DNA of 64,000 nt from Nitrospinaceae bacterium (lineage in GTDB: Bacteria; Nitrospinota; Nitrospinia; Nitrospinales; Nitrospinaceae), in NCBI GenBank assembly GCA_965223665.1, contig OZ245011.1, forward strand, positions 64,001-128,000. Direction: 5' to 3'. Positions 32,401 to 41,243 of this stretch are shown here, piece after piece. A model generated the notes under the pieces. The model saw nothing but the letters and a program-made list of their open reading frames with translations. It did no database searches and was not told the origin of the DNA. How positions within the stretch are numbered: position 1 is the first letter of the stretch; each line of letters opens with the position of its first letter. The position numbers and the translations under genes are program-made.

Positions 32401-33294
32401 ATGTTTTCGACCGCTTATTTGCGCGGTGTAATGCTGGCTTTGACCACTGCTTTCCTTTGGAGTCTTTTACCCATATTAACCAAAGTGGCGGTAAAAGAGT
32501 TTAGTGGAGCCACTATTGTTTGGTTTCGTTTTACCTTTTCATTTTTCCTTCTTTTCGGGTTACTGCACCTTCGAAATAGGAACCCATTAAAAATATTAAT
32601 GAAACCACCCTTGTTAGCAGTGGTGGGTGGACTATTTTTGGGAACTAATTATTTCCTTTTTCTAAAAGGAGTAGAGACTAGTAGCCCCACCAACGCAGGC
32701 GTTCTTGTGCAATTGGCTCCTTTAATGGTTGTAATAATTGGGGTAACTCTTTTTGGAGAGAAATTTAATAATAAACAATGGATGGGTTTAGGTTTTGCCG
32801 TAATCGGTTTTGTGGTTTTTTTTAGAGACCAAATTAATAACTCTTCAAATGTACCAATCTATGCAACTGCTTCTCTATATATTTTGGGAGCGGCTTTAAC
32901 CTGGGCAATATACATCACCTTACAAAAAATTTTGTCCCCTAACTATGAAGCGCAACATTTAAATTTACTGGTTTATGGAACTGCCTCCCTATTGTTGGTA
33001 TATTTTGTTGAATGGAGGGAATTTTTTAACCAAAGCTTGGAAAATTGGTTGTTAATGATTATTTTAGGAATAAATACCCTATTAGCCTATGGCTGTTTAG
33101 CTGAAGCGGTTAAATATATTCCTTTGTCGTTGATTAGCGTTATCATTACACTCCATCCGTTTATTACCATGACCTTGATGCATTTTTTGCCGAAAATCTA
33201 CCCAAGCCTATTGCCTGAAAAAATTGGTGTTTTAGGATATTTCGGAGCCGGAGCAGCTATTTTAGGGGTTATTTTTGTGATTCGAAAAAATTGA
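32401..33294 (+). CDS. DMT/EamA family transporter
   Basis: About 10 TMs in two EamA-like repeats. Confidence 0.85.
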   Translation: MFSTAYLRGVMLALTTAFLWSLLPILTKVAVKEFSGATIVWFRFTFSFFLLFGLLHLRNRNPLKILMKPPLLAVVGGLFLGTNYFLFLKGVETSSPTNAGVLVQLAPLMVVIIGVTLFGEKFNNKQWMGLGFAVIGFVVFFRDQINNSSNVPIYATASLYILGAALTWAIYITLQKILSPNYEAQHLNLLVYGTASLLLVYFVEWREFFNQSLENWLLMIILGINTLLAYGCLAEAVKYIPLSLISVIITLHPFITMTLMHFLPKIYPSLLPEKIGVLGYFGAGAAILGVIFVIRKN

Positions 33295-33302
33295 ATTTAA
33301 AA

Positions 33303-34292
33303 TTAAGGCTTTATTCCTGTAATGACTCCAGTTGGTATCGCTTCGATGCGAAAATGCTGAATTTCCTGGATTCCAAATTCTTTTAACCAATTAATTTTTT
33401 CGGCTACGGGGTGGGCTCTTCCACCAGGAGTTAATAATCCAATATTCAAGCTGAATAAAACATCATTTAGTGGGCTCGTATCGTCTTCATCAGTGCAAAA
33501 ACCATGAACAATAATTCTTCCCTTCGGTGGTAAAATTTTGATGGCTTTTTGCAGGAGGAACTTTGCCTGATCCTCGTCATACATGTGAAGAACATTTGCA
33601 ATGAGAATTACATCATACCCTGAACCAAAGTCATCTCTTTTAAAGTCTCCACCAATGGTATTGACCCTGTCCTCCAAACCATACTGTTTGATATAGCTTT
33701 TTGCCACTTCAATTACTGGTGGGATATCAAATACTGTTGCCTTCAAATGATGGTGCAATTTGGCCCATTCTAAGGCATATGTTCCCGGTCCACCGCCAAT
33801 ATCGAGAAGGTGTTTATAGTCCCCTAATGGAATTTCCCTTGCCATTAACCAGGTGGCTTTTAGACCCTTATCATGCATAGCGTCAATGAACGCCCGTGTT
33901 TCATGGGGATCATTTCCAAGGACCTCCATGATGCTTTTTATAAAATTTCCTGTTTTAACAAATTGTGGGAGCTCTAACCAGACAGGAACTAAACTATACA
34001 TCAAGCGAATCCATTGGTGCATGCAACGATCACCCTCCTTGGAAAGAAATGGTCTGCATGATTCCATTAATTGGTACCGGTTATCTTTTTTTGAAGAAAT
34101 TTCCAGAGCAACTAAGGCATTTAATAATCTTAAAGTACCCTTTTCGGAAAGTTTGAGTTTTTGTGCCACGTCCTCGACTGATACGGGATCTCCAGCTAGT
34201 TCATCAAAAATTTTCAAATGGTTAGCTGTCATTAAAACCAGGGCAGGTTCAAATCCATTTAATATTTCTCCAATCTTTTTATCCATTTCCAT
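33303..34292 (-). CDS. SAM-dependent methyltransferase (Methyltransf_2 family, with N-terminal dimerisation domain)
   Basis: N-terminal wHTH-like region, LLDIGGGPG, FDIP, GDF, ANVLH. Confidence 0.85.
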   Translation of the reverse strand: MEMDKKIGEILNGFEPALVLMTANHLKIFDELAGDPVSVEDVAQKLKLSEKGTLRLLNALVALEISSKKDNRYQLMESCRPFLSKEGDRCMHQWIRLMYSLVPVWLELPQFVKTGNFIKSIMEVLGNDPHETRAFIDAMHDKGLKATWLMAREIPLGDYKHLLDIGGGPGTYALEWAKLHHHLKATVFDIPPVIEVAKSYIKQYGLEDRVNTIGGDFKRDDFGSGYDVILIANVLHMYDEDQAKFLLQKAIKILPPKGRIIVHGFCTDEDDTSPLNDVLFSLNIGLLTPGGRAHPVAEKINWLKEFGIQEIQHFRIEAIPTGVITGIKP

Positions 34293-34316
34293 TGAACAAT
34301 TCCTTGTTTGAAAATA

Positions 34317-34772
34317 TTAATTTTTGGTTTTCATGGCTATTCGAATTTCTCTTTCCGCATCTCGCTTTTTAATACTTTCGCGCTTGTCGTGAAGTTTTTT
34401 GCCTTTAGCAATAGCAAGTTCTAATTTAACTCTGCCATTTTTAAAATACATTTTTAATGGAATTAGACTATAGCCTTTTTCTCGGCTTATCCCAATCAAT
34501 CGATCAATTTCTTTTTTGTGAAGCAATAACTTTCTTTTTCGAGTTGGGGAGTGGTTAAATTGATGAGCGGGGGTGTAGGGGCTGATGTGTGCGTGATACA
34601 AAAATATTTCACCCCTTTCGAACTCTGCATAACTATCAACCAGGTTTGCTCTTCCATCACGACAAGATTTAACTTCTGTTCCTAATAGAGCCATACCCGC
34701 TTCTAAAGTGTCCTCTATGGAATAATTATGTCTTGCCTTTTTATTCTGACAAATTATTTTAATTCCGCTCAT
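34317..34772 (-). CDS. smpB: SsrA-binding protein
   Basis: [29 protein letters not shown]. Confidence 0.98.
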   Translation of the reverse strand: MSGIKIICQNKKARHNYSIEDTLEAGMALLGTEVKSCRDGRANLVDSYAEFERGEIFLYHAHISPYTPAHQFNHSPTRKRKLLLHKKEIDRLIGISREKGYSLIPLKMYFKNGRVKLELAIAKGKKLHDKRESIKKRDAEREIRIAMKTKN

Positions 34773-34811
34773 ATTGTTTGATTTAGTGATTTGGAAAAAT
34801 AAGTTATTTAG

Positions 34812-35591
34812 TTAATAAACCTTTACTGTTTTTCCGAGTGGTTTTTTGAAATATTTTGATGCATTTCTCTTGTAGCAAAAAATTTCAATGCATCCCCAAC
34901 TATTTATCAAAGCCCCTAATTCTCCGATTTTTTTATCACTGTATGTTTTTGACAGGTTCTTTATTTTATGGCGACCACACTCTAAAAACCAATCACCTTT
35001 TTTTCTTAAATGGGGTTCTATGTTTGCAAGTTTTAGGTTAGTCATCATATTACCAAATCGATCAATGTAGGTTACTTCCCCAAAAAGATTTTTTCCCTTA
35101 TAAAACGGTTGAGGCAATTTAATCATTATTGGGTTTGACAGCTTATCTCCAATAGTACTTATTGGGGTTCCTTTTGCTAAATGGGCGGCGATGGGAGCAA
35201 AAATATCTCTGCCATGGAAAGTTGATGATACAGGGTTTAAAAAATATTTAGCCTTTGAAATTTCGAATACTTTTGACTTGGAACACAAAATTGGGGATAA
35301 AACTCCATTATCTGGCCCAATAAAAATATGTTGTTTATGTTTGACTGCAATAGGTTTTCGTTTACCTCCCACCTCGGGGTCGACTACGACTAAATGAATA
35401 GATTTTGTGGGAAAGTAATTCCAGAAACTATCCAAAACTCTAGCAGCTTGTTCAATATCTTGTGATTCGATTTGATGGGTTATATCAATTAATTGAGCTA
35501 CGGGAGCAATTTTTAATATTACTCCTTTCATGATTCCAACAAAAGGATCATTTAAACCAAAATCAGTGGTAAGCGTGATTAGGGAAGGCAT
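34812..35591 (-). CDS. SAM hydroxide adenosyltransferase (DUF62 family)
   Basis: TTDFG, VVDPEVG..R, GPDNG, STFHGRDIFAP, YIDRFGN. Confidence 0.9.
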   Translation of the reverse strand: MPSLITLTTDFGLNDPFVGIMKGVILKIAPVAQLIDITHQIESQDIEQAARVLDSFWNYFPTKSIHLVVVDPEVGGKRKPIAVKHKQHIFIGPDNGVLSPILCSKSKVFEISKAKYFLNPVSSTFHGRDIFAPIAAHLAKGTPISTIGDKLSNPIMIKLPQPFYKGKNLFGEVTYIDRFGNMMTNLKLANIEPHLRKKGDWFLECGRHKIKNLSKTYSDKKIGELGALINSWGCIEIFCYKRNASKYFKKPLGKTVKVY

Positions 35592-36904
35592 CCGGTAACT
35601 TGACGATTTGTTACATGCTGAACGTTGACTGAAATAATATTATTCATTAAATCATTTTCTCCACTCAGAAAAATTGGGATATAGTTTTCACTATGCCCTT
35701 TCAATAGGTTAGTTTCAGGATCTCTGCTACTTTCTACGAGAAGAGAAACTGTTTTATTTAAAAAGCTTTTTCTAAAGTCTAAAGATTTTTTTTGACCTAA
35801 TTGGGATAAAATTTTATTTCGTTCTTTTTTAGTCTTATTTTGGACATCATTTTTTAGTGAATAGGCAGTTGTTCCTCGCCTAGGCGAATAACTAAAAACA
35901 TGTAAATAAGAAAAAGGAATATCTTCAATTAACTGATAAGTATTTTTAAACATATTTTCTGATTCACCCGGAAATCCGACAATTATGTCTGCTCCTAATC
36001 CTGGATTGGGTATCTTATTTAATATCCGGTCAATCGTTTTTCTGTATTCCTTGGAATTGTAATTTCTTTTCATCTGTTTCAATATATAGTCATCTCCACT
36101 TTGAAGTGGGATATGAAAATAAGGACATAATTTTTCAGACTTTGCCATAAGTTCAATTAAATCTTCATCAATCTCCATGGGATTAATTGAACTAAGCCTT
36201 ACTCTAAAGTTTCCATCCAATTCAACGATTTCTCTAACCAAAGAAGAAAAATTCTCGGGTGGACTCAAATCTCTCCCGTAGGTTCCCAAGTTTATGCCAG
36301 TAAGAGTGATTTCTTTATAACCAGAAGAAATTGCATGTTTCACATTATTAATTATATTTTTTCTGGAATCACTAATGGATCTTCCTCTGGCATGGACCAC
36401 GGTACAAAACGAGCATGCTTCGTCGCAGCCAGTTTGAACTTTTATAAAGGCTTTAGTTTTTCCATGGAAATCAGAAACAGGAATGGGTTGAAAATCCCAT
36501 TTTTCCTTTATATCCTCCATATAAACTAAGGGACTTTGTAAAGAGTTTTTCTTTGAATCTTCTTTAGATAATCGTCTTTGAATTATTTTGGCAATATCTA
36601 GTTTATTCGCATTTCCAAGCAGTATGTCTAAGCCATCTAACTTTGAAACTTCTTCTGGATGGGTTTGCCCGTAGCATCCAGTAAAAACCACCAAAGCGTC
36701 TTCATTAATAGCCAAAGATTTTTTAACCGCGGCTCTTGAACTTTGATCACTTTTAGAGGTAACCGTGCAAGAGTTCACCACATAAATATCTGCTGTCTCC
36801 TGGGAATTGACAATAGTAAAACCTTCCTGTTTTAACAACGTTTGCATTTCGGCTGTATCGTTTTGATTGGTGCGACATCCCAGAGTTGTAAAGGCAACTT
36901 TCAT
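35579..36904 (-). CDS. mtaB: tRNA (t6A37) methylthiotransferase MtaB
   Basis: TLGCRTN, NSCTVT, TGCY, radical SAM motif CDEACSFC, LTGINLG, HVFSYSPRRGT, GHSENY. Confidence 0.92.
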   Translation of the reverse strand: MKVAFTTLGCRTNQNDTAEMQTLLKQEGFTIVNSQETADIYVVNSCTVTSKSDQSSRAAVKKSLAINEDALVVFTGCYGQTHPEEVSKLDGLDILLGNANKLDIAKIIQRRLSKEDSKKNSLQSPLVYMEDIKEKWDFQPIPVSDFHGKTKAFIKVQTGCDEACSFCTVVHARGRSISDSRKNIINNVKHAISSGYKEITLTGINLGTYGRDLSPPENFSSLVREIVELDGNFRVRLSSINPMEIDEDLIELMAKSEKLCPYFHIPLQSGDDYILKQMKRNYNSKEYRKTIDRILNKIPNPGLGADIIVGFPGESENMFKNTYQLIEDIPFSYLHVFSYSPRRGTTAYSLKNDVQNKTKKERNKILSQLGQKKSLDFRKSFLNKTVSLLVESSRDPETNLLKGHSENYIPIFLSGENDLMNNIISVNVQHVTNRQVTGCLP

Positions 36905-37004
36905 GGTAAATTCAATTAAAAAAAATTAATAATTTCTCATAGTATGATAATGCCCTAATGGTATCAATGATTTCTTAGAATAAAATAAAAAAATTAGGAG
37001 GAAC

Positions 37005-37033
37005 TTGACCCGGTAGGGAGAGTTTGTTACATT
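37005..37033 (+). promoter_or_regulatory. Putative sigma70 promoter for fis-glmU-glmS-thiDN
   Basis: TTGACC, 17 bp spacer, TACATT with an extended -10 TG. Confidence 0.55.
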
Positions 37034-37078
37034 AATGGCCTCATTCCGATAGACCGTTTGCCCCACCAAAGAAGGCTT

Positions 37079-37345
37079 ATGAATAAAGTCCAAAAAGATG
37101 TGCGTACGTTTCTTGAAAAATGGTTGGACAAAACTGTTCGCCAATATATTTCCAAAATGGATGGTAAAGAAAATGGCCATTTGCACGATTTAATTATTGG
37201 TGGGGTAGAGAGGCCCTTATTAGAAATTGTACTTCAGGAAACCCAGTATAATCAGACCAAAGCTTCCAATATTTTAGGTATTAACCGAAATACCCTAAGA
37301 AAAAAAATTCAAGAACATAAAATCAAATGCAAAAAGACCACTTAG
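37079..37345 (+). CDS. fis: Fis-like DNA-binding protein
   Basis: VERPLLEIVL and HTH NQTKASNILGINRNTLRKK. ATG 37079 follows an AAGG SD; the ORF track starts at TTG 37058. Confidence 0.82.
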   Translation: MNKVQKDVRTFLEKWLDKTVRQYISKMDGKENGHLHDLIIGGVERPLLEIVLQETQYNQTKASNILGINRNTLRKKIQEHKIKCKKTT

Positions 37346-38076
37346 CGGTCGTTATTTTAGCCGCGGGAAAAGGGAAACGGATGAAGTCAGACCTTCCTAA
37401 GGTATTGCACGAATTAGGATCAAAGACTTTATTGTCTCATGTTTTAGAAACTGTGAAATCGTTAGCTCCTGAAAGGACGGTCATAGTTGTTGGGCACCAA
37501 GCTAAAAAAGTGGAGTCTCAATTTTCGGATCATAATAATGAGTTTGTAGTGCAAAAAGAACAATTGGGAACCGGTCATGCCGTGCAGCAAGCTCAGGAGG
37601 TTTTGGAAAATTTTGAAGGTAATGTACTTATACTTTGTGGAGATATGCCCTTATTAAAAGAGTCGACTTTGAAGAATTTAATAAAATCCCATGAAAACTC
37701 GAGTGTTGAGTGTACTTTGTTAAGTTTAAAGACGAAAGAGCCAAAGGATTTTGGTCGTATTGTCAGGGATGTTGAAGGGAATGTCAGTCGTATTGTAGAA
37801 TTTAAAGATGCAACGGAGATGGAAAAAGCTATTGACGAATACAACTCTGGAGTTTATTGTTTTAATAAGAGTATTCTTTTCAAGATATTACAGTCAATCG
37901 ACAACAAAAACTCCCAAAGTGAATTCTATTTGACCGATGCAATTCGGTTATTGACCGAGGGAGGGAATTTTGTGCAGTGTGTTCAAACCAATGACGATGC
38001 TGAAATTCTTGGAATAAACTCTAAAGCCGATTTAAAAAAGGCGGAAGAAATTTTTTATTCGCGTAAAAATGTTTAA
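37327..38076 (+). CDS. glmU: GlcNAc-1-phosphate uridylyltransferase (GlmU N-terminal domain only)
   Basis: LAAGKGKRMKSDLPKVLH, QLGTGHAV, GDMP, GRIVR, IVEFKD, EFYLTD, GINS. It stops at the linker helix with no left-handed beta-helix. Confidence 0.85.
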   Translation: MQKDHLAVVILAAGKGKRMKSDLPKVLHELGSKTLLSHVLETVKSLAPERTVIVVGHQAKKVESQFSDHNNEFVVQKEQLGTGHAVQQAQEVLENFEGNVLILCGDMPLLKESTLKNLIKSHENSSVECTLLSLKTKEPKDFGRIVRDVEGNVSRIVEFKDATEMEKAIDEYNSGVYCFNKSILFKILQSIDNKNSQSEFYLTDAIRLLTEGGNFVQCVQTNDDAEILGINSKADLKKAEEIFYSRKNV

Positions 38077-38118
38077 GCCTTTAATAGTTTTTATAAATAA
38101 TTCTATAATTACTCAAAT

Positions 38119-39324
38119 ATGAAAGCTGTCATATTAGCAGCCGGTCAATCGAATAAGCTAACACCCTTTTCAGATACGCGACCCAACCCAATGATTTCCG
38201 TGGCTGGAGGTTATCTTTTTGGCCATAGTTTATCTTTGCTTAAAAGCGCAGGGATCAATGACATCTTTGTTGTTGTGGGACATAAAAAAGAGAAACTGAT
38301 TGAGCATGTTGGCGAATTATCAAATAATGGATTAAATCTCCAATTAGTGGAACAAAAAAAACCATTGGGTATTGGAGATGCAGTTCTTCAGATTCGAAAG
38401 AAAATATCTCCGGGTGAATACTTCCTGTTGATTTATGGAGATATTATTACGGCATCCAATATATATTCTAAAACGCTTCAATCGTTTCATGCGTTCAAAA
38501 GCCCGGTCGCATCGATTTGTTTGCCTCCTTCAAATGAAATGTTTGGTAATGTTTTCTTAAATGCCAATATGTCTATTACCAACATTATTGAAAAACCTAA
38601 AGGAAATGATCTAGGTAACTATGTATTGTCCGGCGTTTATATTCTTCCCGAATCATTTTTCTCGATTTTAGAAAAAAGTAAGAAATCAATGGAAAAAGCT
38701 ATTCAAAAACTTGTGAAACAAGAAGGGCTGCGTGCTTCAATGTGGGAAGATGAATGGCTAGACATTGTTTATCCTTGGGAAATTCTAACGGCTAATCGGT
38801 TGATTATGGATTCGTGGGAAAGTTCTTCCATTTCCAAGTCTGCAACTTTAGAGTCCAATGTAACTATACAGGGTACAGTTCATATTGAAGATAATGTAGT
38901 CATTAAGGCGGGAGCTGTTTTAGAGGGACCCTGCTATATTGGAGAAGGCGTTTATATTGGAAATAATACTTTAATTCGAAGTTACACATCCATGGGATCC
39001 AAATGTTCAGTAGGATATGGAGTGGAACTAAAAAATTGTGTTGTGCAAAGCCGTTCTCACATAGGTAGATTGTCGTTTATTGGAGACAGTGTTCTAGGGG
39101 AAAATGTAGATATTGGTGCGGGAACCATGACAGTGAATCGACATCTGGATTGGGAAACGGTTAAATGGAAACAGGGTAAAAAGCCCATTGATACTAAGAG
39201 AACCAAACTAGGATCTTTTATTGGTGATAATGCCATTGTGGGAGCTGGTAATACTATTCAACCTGGTACGGTTATTCCACCAGGAAAAGTATTGCCTCCT
39301 AGGTTTTCGGTTATGAATAAATAA
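38119..39324 (+). CDS. Archaeal-type bifunctional sugar-1-P nucleotidyltransferase/acetyltransferase homologue with degenerate catalytic motifs
   Basis: NTP-transferase fold (YGD, IIEKP, WLDIVYPWE), hexapeptide repeats and the archaeal-GlmU-like tail TKLGSFIGD. Confidence 0.8.
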   Translation: MKAVILAAGQSNKLTPFSDTRPNPMISVAGGYLFGHSLSLLKSAGINDIFVVVGHKKEKLIEHVGELSNNGLNLQLVEQKKPLGIGDAVLQIRKKISPGEYFLLIYGDIITASNIYSKTLQSFHAFKSPVASICLPPSNEMFGNVFLNANMSITNIIEKPKGNDLGNYVLSGVYILPESFFSILEKSKKSMEKAIQKLVKQEGLRASMWEDEWLDIVYPWEILTANRLIMDSWESSSISKSATLESNVTIQGTVHIEDNVVIKAGAVLEGPCYIGEGVYIGNNTLIRSYTSMGSKCSVGYGVELKNCVVQSRSHIGRLSFIGDSVLGENVDIGAGTMTVNRHLDWETVKWKQGKKPIDTKRTKLGSFIGDNAIVGAGNTIQPGTVIPPGKVLPPRFSVMNK

Positions 39325-39343
39325 TTTACTTTCTTAAGACTAT

Positions 39344-41164
39344 ATGTGTGGAATCAGCGGGGCCGTCGGCCTTAATGACATTTCAAATTTATTATTCGAA
39401 AGCATCAGAAACTTGGAATATCGTGGATACGATTCCTGTGGTGTTGCTTTGATGAATAATAAATCGATTATTGTTAAAAAGAATACGGGAGAAGTGAAAG
39501 CAGTTTATGATAAAGAAAGTATTTTAAGGCATACCTCTAAAATGGGAATAGCTCATACCCGATGGGCCACTCATGGGAAGGTTACCAAAGAAAATACTCA
39601 TCCTTTCTTGTCGGGTGATAAAAAATTTGCAGTTGTGCATAACGGTATTATTTCTAACTATGATGCCCTAAGGTCAACTTTAATTAAGGAAGGTCATAAG
39701 TTTTGCTCCGAAACTGATACGGAGGTGATCCCTCATTTGCTTGAAAAATTTTACAAGCAAGTCAAGGATGTTGAAACAGCGCTGGTGAAGACTTTAAACG
39801 TATTGGAAGGAACCTTTGCTATTGCCATGATTTCCTATTACAAACCAGAGCATATTTATTGTGCCAAAAGAGAGTCTCCTTTATTACTGGGAATCGGAGA
39901 TGAAGTTAAATTTGTGGGTTCCGATTTTAATTCGTTCATCGATTATACAAAAAACGCAGTTATTATTGATGATGATGAGTATGCCATTATTACCAAGGAT
40001 AGTTTTGTTGTAAAAAACTCTATTACCCGCGAGGAAATTAACAAACCCATAACCAAAATCGAATGGGATAGTGAAACATCTAAAAAAGGTGGCTATCCTC
40101 ACTATATGTTGAAGGAAATTCATGAGCAGCCCCAAACTGTGATTAATGCCTTAAAAATTCCGGAAAGCACTATTGATCAAATGGTGGATTTGATTCATGA
40201 AAGTTCAACTTGCCATTTAATCGGAGTAGGGACTACTTTTTACGTGGCAATGTATGCCAATTACGTATTTTCAATTTATGCCGGAAAATTTATTCCGGCT
40301 ATTAGTTCGGACGAATTTGCCTCATTATCTCCTGTTGAAGAAAATAGTTTTGTTCTGGCAGTTTCTCAATCAGGAGAAACCTATGATACGCTTTCTGCGC
40401 TCAAGTATGCACAATCTAAAGGTGCAAAGACAGGTGCTATTGTGAATGTAATGGGCTCATCTTTAGCGCGTTTAGTGGATTGCACTATTCTTCAAGGTTC
40501 AGGACCAGAAATATGTGTTATTAGTACTAAGGCGGCATTTACGCAAATGGTATTGTTAACGAAAATTGCTTTAAAATTGGGGCTGAAGCGAAAGTTTATT
40601 TCGAAAAAACAATATAATGAAAACCTAAATGCATTGAAGGAAATGCCCGAAATCATCCACGGGATTTTAAATGAACGTTCTGGGTTTATCCATCGAATTG
40701 CTCATCAGCATGCTCAAGTAAAGCATTGGTTATATTTAGGAAGAGGAATCTATTATCCCGTTGCCTTAGAGTCAGCTTTAAAAATGAAAGAAGTTGCTTA
40801 TGTGCACGCAGAAGGTATGCCATGTGGTTTTTTGAAGCATGGAACTTTGGCGATGATAGATTCAAATATAAATTCAATTGTTTTTATTCCACCAAAGAAT
40901 GATAAAGAATTGTATGAAGCTACATTGGCCAGTGTTGCCGAAATTCGTGCTCGATCCGGTTATGTTTTAGGAATCCATTTTGATGAGCGTGGAAAAAATA
41001 AAGACCTTTTTAGTGAAGAGCTAATTCTACCGCCGGTGCCTCAAATCACGGCACCTCTTATTCAATTAATAATTGCTCAAATGTTGGCTTATTTTACTGC
41101 AACCTCCCTCAAAAGAAACGTGGATAAGCCGCGTTCTCTTGCCAAATCTGTAACAGTAGGTTAG
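39344..41164 (+). CDS. glmS: Glutamine--fructose-6-phosphate aminotransferase (isomerizing)
   Basis: MCGI, EYRGYDS, HTRWATHG, HNGI, SETDTE, SQSGET, KMKE, LKHG, LAKSVTV. Confidence 0.93.
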   Translation: MCGISGAVGLNDISNLLFESIRNLEYRGYDSCGVALMNNKSIIVKKNTGEVKAVYDKESILRHTSKMGIAHTRWATHGKVTKENTHPFLSGDKKFAVVHNGIISNYDALRSTLIKEGHKFCSETDTEVIPHLLEKFYKQVKDVETALVKTLNVLEGTFAIAMISYYKPEHIYCAKRESPLLLGIGDEVKFVGSDFNSFIDYTKNAVIIDDDEYAIITKDSFVVKNSITREEINKPITKIEWDSETSKKGGYPHYMLKEIHEQPQTVINALKIPESTIDQMVDLIHESSTCHLIGVGTTFYVAMYANYVFSIYAGKFIPAISSDEFASLSPVEENSFVLAVSQSGETYDTLSALKYAQSKGAKTGAIVNVMGSSLARLVDCTILQGSGPEICVISTKAAFTQMVLLTKIALKLGLKRKFISKKQYNENLNALKEMPEIIHGILNERSGFIHRIAHQHAQVKHWLYLGRGIYYPVALESALKMKEVAYVHAEGMPCGFLKHGTLAMIDSNINSIVFIPPKNDKELYEATLASVAEIRARSGYVLGIHFDERGKNKDLFSEELILPPVPQITAPLIQLIIAQMLAYFTATSLKRNVDKPRSLAKSVTVG

Positions 41165-41243
41165 TCTATCCAATAATTTTTTACCTTACGCCATAAGTGT
41201 GCAGGTTATCTGTGCCTATTTTTTAATTTAAAAGTTAATTTAT

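Noticed and set aside
34293-34811. tmRNA gene or integration site next to smpB
   Set aside because: The flanking gaps are under 40 bp and no ssrA-like sequence is visible.
34812-35591. SAM-dependent chlorinase/fluorinase
   Set aside because: The Asp/Arg/His pattern (VVDP..R, TFHGRD) is that of DUF62 hydrolases rather than SalL/FlA, and there is no biosynthetic cluster.
37327-38118. glmU as a frameshifted pseudogene
   Set aside because: The ORF ends at a domain boundary with motifs intact, and only 42 bp of AT-rich spacer follow, leaving no room for an out-of-frame beta-helix.
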